The notes beneath the pieces are model-generated. The model did no database searches. It worked only from the letters and a program-made list of their open reading frames with translations, and was not told the DNA's origin. Shown piece after piece: positions 34,089-45,332 of a stretch of 45,332 bases of DNA. A program made the translations under genes and the position numbers. Origin of the DNA: Sarea resinae (lineage: Eukaryota); the NCBI GenBank assembly GCA_026026165.1, contig JAPEUD010000078.1:62001-107332 (forward strand), read 5' to 3'. Position 1 is the stretch's first letter; the number at the start of each line of letters is the position of its first letter.

Positions 34089-35102
34089 TTAGGGGATCTT
34101 GCCCGTCGTAGATAGTCTCCCCAAACGCTCCTCCATCCACTCATCCAATCTTCCCTGCAATGGAAACGGTACCCTGTCGGGAACCTTATTTCCCCAATCT
34201 CCAAGCATAAGACGCACCAACGAATTCTCTGAGGCTGCAACCCTCGAAATCTCTATCAATGGCGCCTGAGCAGACGGTATTGCCGTAGGCTTCTCTACCT
34301 TTAACCGCACAGTTGCTCCAGGTGTCGTGCGGATAACGAAGAATTCGATGATGCGTGCTACGACGACCGTCACCAGAGACTCGAGGGTCTCGAAGGAAGA
34401 CTCTTCGATCGTCTATTCTCTGTATGAGCTGTGCAGTATGACTAGGAGCAACAGAAAATCAAGCACACTTACCTTGACAAGGATTTGCTCAACCTCTCCA
34501 CCGCCGTCCATCGCGCTCATCCCCGCAACCCCATCTATGGCCACACTCGCAATAGCAAGTTGCTTCATTGTTCTTTCGTTGGCATTAACGCCAATAAGGC
34601 AAGGCACCCTGACCCCTTTGACACCCAATCCCAAACAGATATTTCCTGTATTCCCGAATCCCCTCTTCAGCCATCCGTGCACTCCGTCGCCAAGCAGGCT
34701 GGCCTTGAGCCATGTCGCCTCAACCTCCACAGCCTGTACACACAGCGGTCTTGAGACACACTGGCAGCATGCTTCTAGTAAGACTTCGAGAAGCCCTAGC
34801 ATCCCTCCCACGTCTCCATTCTTGGCTGCCACGGCCCCAGCGATCCGCTTTGCTAGTACGCCGTAATGCACGGTGCTCTCGTCGACGACATCTTCAGAAG
34901 CTGCACTCTCGAAAGGTTGGGCGAGTGAGATCCGTACACTCGCGGTCACCGGCTGAGGCTTCCCAGGTCGACCCCAAGCGTCAATACCAATGGGCAGGAG
35001 AGTCAGGTCCTGAATGGAGACAATGTCGGTTGGAGGAGGCACCAGGCGCGCCCAGGTTGCAGAATCGAGGGGTTGCTGCTGATCCGATGGAATGCGAGAC
35101 AT
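34089..35102 (-). CDS. Tandem dihydroneopterin aldolase (FolB)-domain protein
   Basis: ATG at 35102; exons 35102-34473 and 34412-34089. Domain 1 has IGIDAWGRPGKPQP...STVHYG; domain 2 has LIGVNANERTMKQ...FETLESL...VEKP. Confidence 0.85.
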
Positions 35103-35519
35103 TATTACACTTCGAAGAATATCCTCTCTTTCGGCCAACAAGACTCGATTGGCCAAGGCTTATTGTTCAAGCTTCAAGATGTTTGTGAATTCATCTAGCA
35201 GGATAGGCGCTGGCTGATAGCACGGCAACTTCCGCCACAGGGTCTTCCTCCAGTGTACCCCGAATAGTTCAGGTGCAATCATCGAGCAGCTGCCCGGGAA
35301 AGAGATCAATTGAGTAGGTAGGTTCGTAGTGACGAAAAGATGATGATTATACGAAGGTTTAAACTCTACGGCTAGTAGCTGGATTTCACGTCACATGTAA
35401 TAAATTTGGAGAGTCTATAGAGATTGTATGGTTTTATCTTGAACTTTTGTCGCTAGGAGCGGGTTTTGAGCCGAGCAATGGCGTCGCTCATATGCTCATC
35501 CGATAGCTCATTCTATTAC

Positions 35520-36382
35520 CTACAGTTGACCAGCATCCTCAATGGTTGGCTTCTGGGGATACTTGATCGAGCCAGAGCCACTGCCGGTCTTCTCAATGGC
35601 CTTGACGATCTTCATCGAGTCGGCGGAGACCTCACCGAAGACGACGTGCTTGCCATCGAGCCAGCTGGTAACGACGGTGGTGATGAAGAATTGAGAGCCG
35701 TTGCTAGGGACAAGTCAGTAAGAGTGAAAATTAACGGAAAGCGCCGACGCTTACGTGTTGGGTCCGGCATTGGCCATGGACAGGAGACCCGGGCGGACAT
35801 GGGCCTTCTTGAAGTTCTCATCGGCGAACTTCTCACCGTAGATCGACTTGCCACCGGTGCCCTGTATTGTGTCAGTGACTGCGTGTGAATAGTGATGAAA
35901 GGCACTTACGTTGCCACGAGTGAAGTCACCACCCTGGAGCATGAACTCGGGGATCACACGGTGGAAAGAAGAGCCCTTGTAGCCGAAGCCCTTCTCACCG
36001 GTGCAGAGAGCACGGAAGTTCTCAGCAGTCTTGGGGACGACATCATCGTAGAGATCGAAGATGATGCGGCCGGTTTGCTCTGCAGTGAAGATGCATGCGT
36101 CAGCTTCAATTGGAAGTGAGCGCACTGCAGCAGCACCAACGACTTACTTTGCTCAGGGCCGACGACAGCACCGCTCTCGTTGACCTGAGGGCCATACCAC
36201 GAGACGTCGAAGAAAGTCTTGATACCCATGTTGATGGAAGAAGCGTGAAAGGATCGTTTGTTGGTGGTGTTGTTGATGGTGTTGTTGAGGAATGAACGAG
36301 AGAAAGAGTTGCGAAGAGGCAGAGTGGTCGAGGTAGAAGAAGGGAACGAAAACAGGAAGGTGGGGTTGCGGATGAGGGGCAT
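35520..36382 (-). CDS. Cyclophilin A-type peptidyl-prolyl isomerase, mitochondrial (ATG 36382) and cytosolic (ATG 36229) forms
   Basis: Exons 36382-36148, 36079-35910, 35861-35755, 35703-35520. Motifs [58 protein letters not shown] and [10 protein letters not shown]. Confidence 0.96.
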
Positions 36383-37347
36383 TCTAAAATAGGGTAAGCC
36401 TCCAGTACCTGGGTACAAAGTACTTTGCGTCCTTCGAGTCCCCCCTAGCACGTCACGTTGGGAAGGGAAGGGGTCGGGGCCGATCTGGGACAGAAAGCGA
36501 GAGAAAGACAAGAATAAAGTCTGGGCCAAGTACTCCCTTTGACGGGATACGCCAGCCTTGATACGCGTTGCCCATCATCATGATGCAGGAAGGAGGTCGT
36601 GAGAGGGCAGTGGGGCTATCAGCTTACATGGACCGATTGGATTCTGCTCTGTCGGACTAGACGTCAAAGCGGCAGCAGGATTGGCGGTGCGGCAGGATTA
36701 TGGTGCAACTATGCGTCTGCAGCGGTCGCAGAGATTTTCAGGGGTCCTTCTAAGGTAAGGGATGCTAACCTGATGTCAAGGAAACACCGGCGGGTGGGAC
36801 GAGAGAGATTCAGAAGCAAGATAGATGGCGATATAGATGCAATGGAATGCAGAATGACGGGTTCAGCAGATGGATATATGCAAAAGCTGGAGGCGATCGG
36901 GAGAGCTACCAGAGGAGCACAGCAGAGAGCTTGCCCGGAGCTCAGAAGAAAGCTCTATGATTTGTCAGCGAGGCGAGGGCGAAGGGATACGGTACCAGCC
37001 CCGTACTCAAGGAGAGCGGACGAAAGCGTAGAGCTGCACGTGACGAAATCAGCAAATAGTTTCCTTTCTCCCACTACCTTACTCTCGCTCTTTGGACTTG
37101 ATGGGAACATGATGATCAGAGCTCAGCCGGCTTTGATGCTTTCAAAGTTCTTTTTGTGAATACTGGCGGAGCGTATGTATCCATGATCTAACGTCACGTG
37201 CTTAACTGCTTTCGCCCATCTCACTCACGATTCGCTTACTAGCCACAGTTGGGCATTCAGGGCAACTCGACGATGTAAGCTACTACAGCCATCCGTCACT
37301 CTCGAGCGTGTCCAGTAATCCAAGGGAGAGATTCCCCGACCTCAGCA

Positions 37348-39158
37348 ATGAATTTCGACAACCTCAAGGATCAGGTTAGCAACCTGAGCTTGTATGACTT
37401 GAAAGCCGGTGTGCGAAAGGTCCAAAATGGTGAGACATTGTGATGATCAATTCAGGGAGGAAGAGCGCCGACTGACCCGGGAATAGTTGTCATGAACTAC
37501 ACAGAGATGGAAGCCAAGGTAGGCTCCCAAAGGGCAGCTTCACAAGGAATCTTCTAACATTTTCAGGTTCGAGAAGCTACAAATAACGAGCCTTGGGGAG
37601 CTTCCTCCACTCTCATGCAGGAAATTTCGAACGGGACTTACAACTAGTAAGTATGGCTGTCACTTATATGCTCAATAATGATTAACCAAACCCGTAGCCA
37701 ATTGCTCAATGAAATAATGCCCATGATATACAAGCGCTTCACAGAGAAAGCGGCGGAAGAATGGAGGCAAATTTACAAGGTCCGGAATTTGTTACTTCAC
37801 GTCAGACCTCAAACTAACTCCCTCAGGCTCTCCAACTTCTGGAGTTCTTGATCAAGAATGGCTCGGAACGCGTCATTGACGATGCTCGATCCCATCTCTC
37901 CCTGCTCAAAATGCTGCGGCAATTCCACTTTATAGATCCCAACGGCAAGGATCAAGGAATCAACGTGCGCAACCGCGCGAAGGAATTGGCCGAGCTGTTG
38001 AGTGATGTCGACAGGATACGATCTGAGCGGAAGAAGGCTCGTTCCACACGCAACAAATACGGAGGCGTTGAGGGTGGAATGGGCCTTGGCGGAGGCATGT
38101 CCGGTGGGGGTGGTGGGGGGAGGTACGGGGGCTTCGGAAGTGAGGACAACTCATATGGGGGCTTCAGTGGCGGCGTTTACGGAGATGGCGGTGGGTTTGG
38201 AGGAAGCAGCGGATACGACGACCCTACAAGCCGGAGTACGAGTCGGGGCAACCGGTTCGAAGAATATGACGAATATGACGAGGGGGCTGTTGCGGCTCCA
38301 GGCAATCGACAGGCGGATGTTGCTTCGAGCCGTCGAGCGCCAAAGAGGGAGGAGGCCAGGCCCGCACCTCCAAAGAAAGAGCCTGAAGTTGATCTGTTTT
38401 CATTTGGAGACGAGGACCTGGCATCAAATGGAAATGGCAATGGCAAGCAGCCCGCGCGTCCTTCGGGTGAAGGTTTCGGCGCTCTTCAATCGGGCGGAGC
38501 CGACGACGACGATTTCGATGATTTTCAATCTGCCGCTCCCTCACAACCTCCTCCGCCGCCCTCTAAATCTGGCATCCTTCCAGCCCCTCCTGCCAAAAAC
38601 GCTTCATCAACTCAATTCGCCGCACCACAGCCCGTGTCTGGCTCGCAAGGCGTCAACCTTACCGACCTAGTCGGCTTTGCATCCATTTCGCCAGCCCCAA
38701 GCAATGCATCTACCACAACCGCTGCCACTTCGGCCTTTTCCCCCCCTCCCATGGCCCAATCCGCCGCCCGTCCCTCGGGCTATCAAGCCGCCCATCCAAA
38801 TTACTTCACATCCGTAGCCGTCCAACCTGCGCAGGCCTCGCAGCCCGTCGCGTCACCGGGTGTCCAATCTCCCATTAGCCCTACCGCAACCGGGAGATCC
38901 GCCACCTCTGGCACCTCCAAACCTGCAGCTGGTGGCGACGCGTTTGGCTCTCTCTGGTCTTCCGCGAGTGTAGGCATTCGCAAGACTGGTACGCCGACGC
39001 AGACACAGGGCCCCAACCTCGCTAGTATGGCCAAGGAGAAAGCAAGCGCGGGCATCTGGGGCGCTGCTACAGCCACGGGACAGTCGCCGGGACAGAAGCC
39101 AGGGCAGACACAGTCGCAGCCGAAGTTGGGAGGCGGTTTAGATGATCTGTTAGGCTGA
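37348..39158 (+). CDS. ent3: ENTH-domain Golgi/endosome epsin (Ent3/epsinR-like)
   Basis: Exons 37348-37429, 37487-37518, 37567-37646, 37698-37779, 37827-39158. Motifs LSLYDLKAGVRKVQNVVMNYTEMEAKVREATNNEPWG and EEWRQIYKALQLLEFLIKNGSE, acidic-Phe DDDFDDFQSA and C-terminal DDLLG. Confidence 0.93.
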
Positions 39159-40509
39159 ATGGAGTGGGCTTGCTCTGGATCTCTACCTGGCTTGAGACAC
39201 GACCCATCTCGGCCGCACCATCTGCTTTGACCGATCTCGACGAATGGACGATAAAATGGGAATCTAGTTTCTTCTTTTCCTTCACGCTACGTCAACTCAT
39301 TTCCCTTGGTTTGGCGGCAATGCAGATGGTCTCATCGATCTTCATGAGAAGTTAGTTGCCCTCCGTGGTTGTATATCATGTCGCTTTCTCATGTTCCTCT
39401 CACGAGTACATCAAGCTCAGGGGTGGGATTTTTGCTTGCTCGGGCAGCATGGACACCCAGGCGTACTTTTCAGATTTGCCTCCAAGCACGTTGTTTTACC
39501 ACGTTAGTAGTAGTGAAGTAGGACGGTAGGTCGGCGGTGTAGTGCAGTCGTCTCCTCTTTGCAACGACATGAGGAGAGACAATAAGAAGGAAAAACAATA
39601 CGATTGAGTGCTTCTTTATACCCCCTCTATCCATGTATGCCGTGAGTCGAGAGGAATTGCTGGGGATGATAGGTCTACTCTCCCGCTCTCTCGGGAGTTC
39701 TCTCGCGGTCCATCACACGCTATCTCTGTCCATCAGCTCTTACAGTAAATGGATCCGTGGCAAAGTGAATGGGTTCAGCCGTAGCAAGAGTTACCGAGTA
39801 GATGGACATGCAGGAAAAAGGCGGTGGAAGCGACGCTGTACTATGTATGCTGTACTCGGCAGTACTGTAGTACTCCGTAGATGATGATCGGCCGATGGGA
39901 TTGGACGGGAGAGAAGGCTCGGAAGTAGAGGGATGAAAGGGGTTAGGCGTTCGACCGCAGCAGACACATGGTCAGGTACCTCCCGGTTGAGCTGCTCGTC
40001 CGACACAGCAGGGAAACGAGGCATCATCGAGGACGCAGGAGACCATCGAGAGGATCGAAGAACTCTCAAGAGAGTCGAGGTCGTACTCAACACCACATCG
40101 GGGACATTCACACGTTGCATTGAGAGGTGAGTCGGGCCGGATATGTGGTGAATAGGAACACCCAAGTTCCGCAAGACCCTGAACGCATTCATTGCCCATT
40201 GCCCATTGCCCTCTCTCCTGTCAGTTTGGCTGCTCTGCGCCGTCGCCTCGTGTCGACAAACAAACTTTCCCCCAAATTGCTTAGTCCTGCCTCAATCTGA
40301 GCTACCGGCCTCACCTCACCTTTCCTTCCCTCTTTTTCGCGATAAACCACCCTTCACGATAGCAATCTTCCACCGGCTCTGTCCTCCCTCGATTGTGCGA
40401 TTGTATGACTCGACGACTCACACTGACACGGCCGTTCTCCTGACCATCTACCTAGACCTCCCAATGTCTATGCGTTGACGGCCGAAGCATCTTCCACCTC
40501 GTTCGAGCC

Positions 40510-43500
40510 ATGCTGGGATCGTCGTTCTTGCCTGCGCGTCTGCGCCGCGGCGATAGCAGCAAGACGCCGACGAAACCCAATTGGCTGAACCGTCAGATTA
40601 CGCCCCTCATCCAGTCCATCTCCCGCCAGGCCTGCACCCATCCGATTCACACGCTCGCCTTTGTCGCCTTCCTCGCCAGCACGACGTACATCGGCCTTCT
40701 CGAGGGGAGCTTGTTCGATCGGCCTGATGCTCTCGTTGTGCCGCGGACGGATGTCGAGTCACTGCTGGATGGGAGCAGGACCTTGAAGGTCTCGGAGGAG
40801 ACCGGCTGGCAGTGGGAAGTTGAAGCAGATGGAGAAGCGAGAATCAACGAGGTTGGTTACATTGTCTACTAATTGGCATCGTGGTGCGGGAATTGTCACT
40901 GACATCGTTTTCTATTCTAGGCCACCGAACATCTGGCTCTCTTGACTTTTGTCTTTTCGGACTCGCTCTTCTCGAATTCGGCTCATGCAGCTCCGCTTGC
41001 CCACGCTGTCCCGGTGCCCGAGAACTCTTCTGCCAGATCCCTTCCGTCGACCCTCAGTACTCTATCCTCGATCTCTCAGGATAGTTCATTGGTCTTTTCT
41101 CTTCCGTTCGAGAATGCGCCAGCGTTCTTGACAGCCGCACAGGAAATCCCAACCGAGGAAAAGCTTGGGTCGGCCGAGCAGAAGAAATGGATAATGAGAG
41201 CTGCTCGAGGGCACGTCAACCCGCAGAAGAATTTTCTACGATGGGCGGCAAATGCGTGGAACGAATTCTTCGACCTGCTCAAGGTAAGGCTTGTCATCCA
41301 TCAGTGATCTGACCCACCTCTGACTCTGGTAGAATGCCGAGACTTTGGATATCATCATCATGAGCTTGGGCTACATCTCGATGCACTTGACTTTTGTGTC
41401 GCTCTTTATTTCCATGCGCCGAATGCGATCGAATTTTTGGCTCGCGACTACGGTCCTGTGTTCATCAGTCTTTGCTTTCCTCTTCGCTCTGGAAATCACC
41501 ACGAGGCTCGGCGTGCCGATCAATATGGTGATGTTGTCCGAAGGATTACCCTTCTTCGTCGTCACGATCGGTTTCGAGAAGCCAATCATTCTCACCAAAG
41601 CGGTCTTGTCGGCTTCCCTCAATTCGAGACATCAGACGACGAACGGGCGAGCGGATGAATCGATCCAGCATGCCGTGCAGATCGCCGTCCGAGAAAAGGG
41701 CTTCGAGATTGTCCGGGATTACTTCCTCGAGATAGTGGTCCTCATTGCCGGCGCTGCTTCTGGTGTTCAAGGAGGACTGCGGCAGTTCTGCTTTCTCGCC
41801 GCCTTGACCTTGGTGTTTGATTGCGTTCTTCTCTTCACTTTCTACACGGCCATTCTCAGCATCAAGCTCGAGATCAACCGGATCAAGCGACACGTTACTC
41901 TGCGAAAGGCGCTGATGGAGGATGGAGTCAGCCGGCAGGTGGCCGAAAATGTCGCCTCGAGCAATGACTGGCCAAGATTTAGTGCGGAAGACTCGAGCGC
42001 TGATGGCACTGTGATTTTCGGAAAGAAGATCAGAGACAGCAGCGTTCCGAAATTCAAGGTGCTGATGGTTCTGGGATTCATCATCATTAACATTATGAAT
42101 CTCGCCACTATTCCTTTCCGAAAGCAGCCGAGTATTCCGGGGCTTTCGGTGATTACTCCCTCGCCTTTGGATCCGTTCAAGGTTGCCGGCAACGGATTGG
42201 ACGTGATACTTGACGCCGCCAAGAGCGAGAGCATTCCGACAGTCGTCACCGTCCTTGCTCCGATCAAATACGAACTAGAGTATCCTTCGGTGCACTATGC
42301 CTCGGATGACTCTCTCCTGGATGTGGAGTATACCGACCAAATCCTGGACACCGTCGGTGGTCGAGTGGTCGAAAGCTTATTGAAGAGTCTGGAGGATCCG
42401 GTGTTGAGCAAATGGATTGTTGCCGCTCTCGCCTTGAGTCTGGTCTTGAATGGATATCTTTTCAACGCAGCACGGTGGAGTATCAAAGAACCCGAACGAC
42501 CCGAGCCAGAAGTTCGAACCATCGTCGTCGAGGCACCCACACCGGATGTCGACAGCGATGCGAGCGAGGAGCTGATCATGAAGCCAAAGAAGGCCAAGGC
42601 TCGAGAGTCGAAGACCATTCGAACGCAAGCGGAATGCGAGATTATCCTCAAGGAAAAGAAAGCGCCCCTTTTAGAGGATCATGAGTTGATAGACCTTTCC
42701 CTGCGAGGGAAGATACCTGGGTATGCGCTCGAAAAGACGCTCGAAGACAAAACCCGAGCTGTTAGGATTCGAAGAGCAGTGGTTTCTCGAACGCCTGTGA
42801 CCGAAACTACACGTCTGCTTGAGAAGTCCAAAGTGCCTTACGAGCATTACAACTACGATCTCGTTCACGGCGCTTGCTGTGAGAACGTCATCGGTTACCT
42901 GCCATTACCTCTCGGTGTTGCTGGTCCTGTCATTATCGACGGAAAAAGCTTCTACCTTCCGATGGCGACGACCGAGGGAGTGTTGGTTGCGAGTACCAGC
43001 CGTGGTTGCAAAGCCATCAACGCTGGCGGCGGGGCCATTACCGTTCTGACGGGCGATGGCATGACCCGTGGACCTTGCGTGGCATTTAAGACGCTGCAGC
43101 GAGCGGGCGCCGCCAAGCTCTGGCTCGACTCTGAAGAGGGTCAGACGGTCATGAAGAAGGCATTCAACTCGACCAGTCGATTTGCCAGACTTCAGTCGAT
43201 GAAGACTGCTCTCGCCGGCACGTACCTCTACATTCGATTCAAGACGACGACGGGAGATGCCATGGGCATGAACATGATTTCCAAGGGCGTCGAGCACGCG
43301 CTCAATGTCATGTCTACCGAGAGTGGATTCGACGACATGCAGATCATCTCCGTGTCTGGCAATTTTTGCTCGGACAAGAAGCCCGCGGCGATCAACTGGG
43401 TGGATGGTAGGGGCAAGAGCGTGGTGGCCGAGGCCATCATCCCGGGTCACGTAGTGAAGAGTGTCTTAAAGAGCGACGTCGACGCTCTGGTGGAGCTCAA

Positions 43501-44055
43501 CACGGCCAAGAATCTGATTGGCAGCGCCATGGCCGGCAGCATTGGCGGATTCAACGCTCATGCGGCGAATATCGTCACTGCCATCTTCCTTGCCACGGGT
43601 CAAGATCCGGCCCAGAACGTCGAGAGCAGCAATTGCATCACGATCATGAAGAAGTGAGTTTTGATCTCGTTGCTGTAGATGTCCGACTAACACACGATGC
43701 CAGCCTCAACGGCAACCTGCAGATCAACGTGTCCATGCCATCGATCGAAGTGGGTACTATTGGTGGCGGCACGGTGCTCGAGCCGCAAAGCGCGATGCTG
43801 GACCTCCTGGGCGTGCGAGGCTCGCACCCGACCAACCCAGGCGACAACGCCCGCCGTCTTGCTCGGATCGTGGCCGCGGGCGTCTTGGCTGGCGAATTGT
43901 CGCTCTGCTCGGCACTTGCGGCTGGCCATCTGGTCAAGAGCCATATGGCGCACAATCGCAGCGCTCCGGCCACTCGCAGCGGCACGCCGGTCAATGGCCT
44001 GGGCCCGGGAGCGAGTCTTCCGGCTGCACTGGCCATGACGGCTGATAGGCGGTAG
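40510..44055 (+). CDS. hmg1: HMG-CoA reductase (class I) with HPIH and sterol-sensing domains
   Basis: Exons 40510-40851, 40921-41283, 41333-43653, 43704-44055. Motifs [42 protein letters not shown] and HMAHNR. Confidence 0.98.
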
Positions 44056-44167
44056 GGTGTCATGCTAGGTGTAGATGTCTTGCTCGGTGGGTGGGGATGT
44101 GATGAGGGGCCAGGAAGGTGTAAATACCGCGTTTTGTTAGCTTTCAATTATTACTTCTCCATCGGCG

Positions 44168-44365
44168 TCATTGCTGTGCTTGCTGTGCTTGCTGTGCTTG
44201 CCGTGCTTGCTGTGCTCTGTCTGCAATGCTCTGTCTGCAATGCTTTACTGTGTGTGCTCTGCCCTACTCTGCATAGTATTGCTTGGCATTGCATTGCATT
44301 GAATCACTTCACTTTACTTTTCTGATTCCTTATACATACATGATTAGTGGTTTTGACAATACAGT

Positions 44366-44410
<45 letters not shown>

Positions 44411-45332
44411 AAGAAAGTAGATGTACGGAACCAAAATCAAATTAACAAAAAACTAAATAAGAAAATCGAAGTCTAGAATAGCTAGGTAAGTTGAGAATAG
44501 AAGAAAGAAAGAAGAGACAAGAGAAGAGAAGAGAAGAGAAGAGAAGAGAAGAGAAGAGAAAGAAGGAAAGAAAGAAAGAAGGGCAAGAAAGAAAGAAAGA
44601 AAGGCAAGAAAGAAAGAAAGGCAAGAATCACAAATCTGAAGAGGGGTTTTTTTTCCTTCTCTATCTTGTTCTTGGCTGATATTTAATCTCTCCCTAAGGG
44701 AAAAAAGAACACCTTTGTTTGTTGGAGTTAGAATAGAGGAAGTAGAGGAAGTAAAGGAGAGGAGAGGAGAGGAGAATAGAGGAGAGGAGAGGAGAAAAGA
44801 GGAGAGGAGAGGAGAGGAGAGGGGTAGGTAGGTTAGTTAATTACTACTTTCTTGATCTTCCTGTTTATCTATTATCCTTCTTCTCCTCTTCTCCTATTCT
44901 CCTATTCTTCTATCTGTCTATCTATCTATTCTTATCTGACTAACGAATCTATCAGGGAGAGGATAGGGGCTAGGGGCCAGGAGAGAGAGAGAGAGGTAGA
45001 GGGAGGGTTTGAAATTGTTCTGTTTATTCTGTTTATCGAGTTCGGCTATCTAGAGAGAGAGTTTTCTACTAACAGAGTCTCTACTAACAGAGTTCTCTAG
45101 AGTTTGTAGACTTTTCTAGTAACGGAGAGTTTCTCTAGAGTTCCCTAGAGAGACACAGAGAGGAGACTAAGAGAGGAGAGACTACAAGAGTAAGAGAGGA
45201 GAGAGAGAGGAGTAGATACATGAAAACCAAAAATCAAAACAGAAGAAGATGCCAGAAGGAAACAACATTTTCGGAACAGAGGAACAAACCCCTGACTTAG
45301 CCTTAGCCTTAGCCTTGATATCCATCCCCCCC
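44168..45332. repeat. Microsatellite/low-complexity region: (GCTGTGCTT)n, (TAG)n, (GAGAA)n, (GAGAG)n
   Basis: Read directly, e.g. the (TAG) run at ~44368-44410, AGAAG runs at ~44500-44620 and GAGAG runs at ~44750-44820. Confidence 0.9.

Noticed and set aside
36560..37160. ATGATGA C-box-like motifs and a 186-aa + strand ORF in the cyclophilin/ent3 divergent gap
   Set aside because: No suitably placed D box or guide. The ORF has a non-ATG start and no recognisable motifs.
45296..45318. (CCTTAG)3 near the window end as a telomere
   Set aside because: Only three units, not TTAGGG/CCCTAA, and embedded in general SSR-rich DNA.
1..45332. Numerous short antisense or overlapping ORFs; CRISPR, tRNA, rRNA or telomerase RNA
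   Set aside because: The ORFs are shadows of GC-rich real genes or of SSRs. I saw no repeat-spacer array, cloverleaf, rRNA or CTAACCCT-type template.

Overview
Eukaryotic window from a filamentous ascomycete (Pezizomycotina-type GT-AG introns with CTRAY branch points). It holds about 16 mostly housekeeping genes: pho8 (5' part only), an NDUFAF3/Mth938 gene, rpl34, prp8, an ERCC6L2/Rad26L-like SNF2 helicase, a Ted1-like metallophosphoesterase, rpl23, an unknown S/P/R-rich protein, cox4, rrp41, a frameshifted Zn-finger+APH-like kinase, a secreted His1 (LPMO-like) protein, a tandem FolB protein, cyclophilin A, an Ent3-like epsin and hmg1. Exon boundaries were read by hand. The most interesting signals are four. 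(i) A 314-aa PRP8 intein whose LAGLIDADG endonuclease has a large in-frame internal deletion. (ii) A candidate ~310-360-nt highly structured RNA at 1.8-2.2 kb with H and ACA boxes and an overlapping Sm-like site. (iii) A candidate non-coding, spliced host transcript at 16.1-17.06 kb carrying two box C/D snoRNA candidates in consecutive introns. (iv) A secreted protein with a histidine-brace-like signature. RNA structures and rRNA targets were inferred by eye and from recalled rRNA sequence, and they need computational confirmation.
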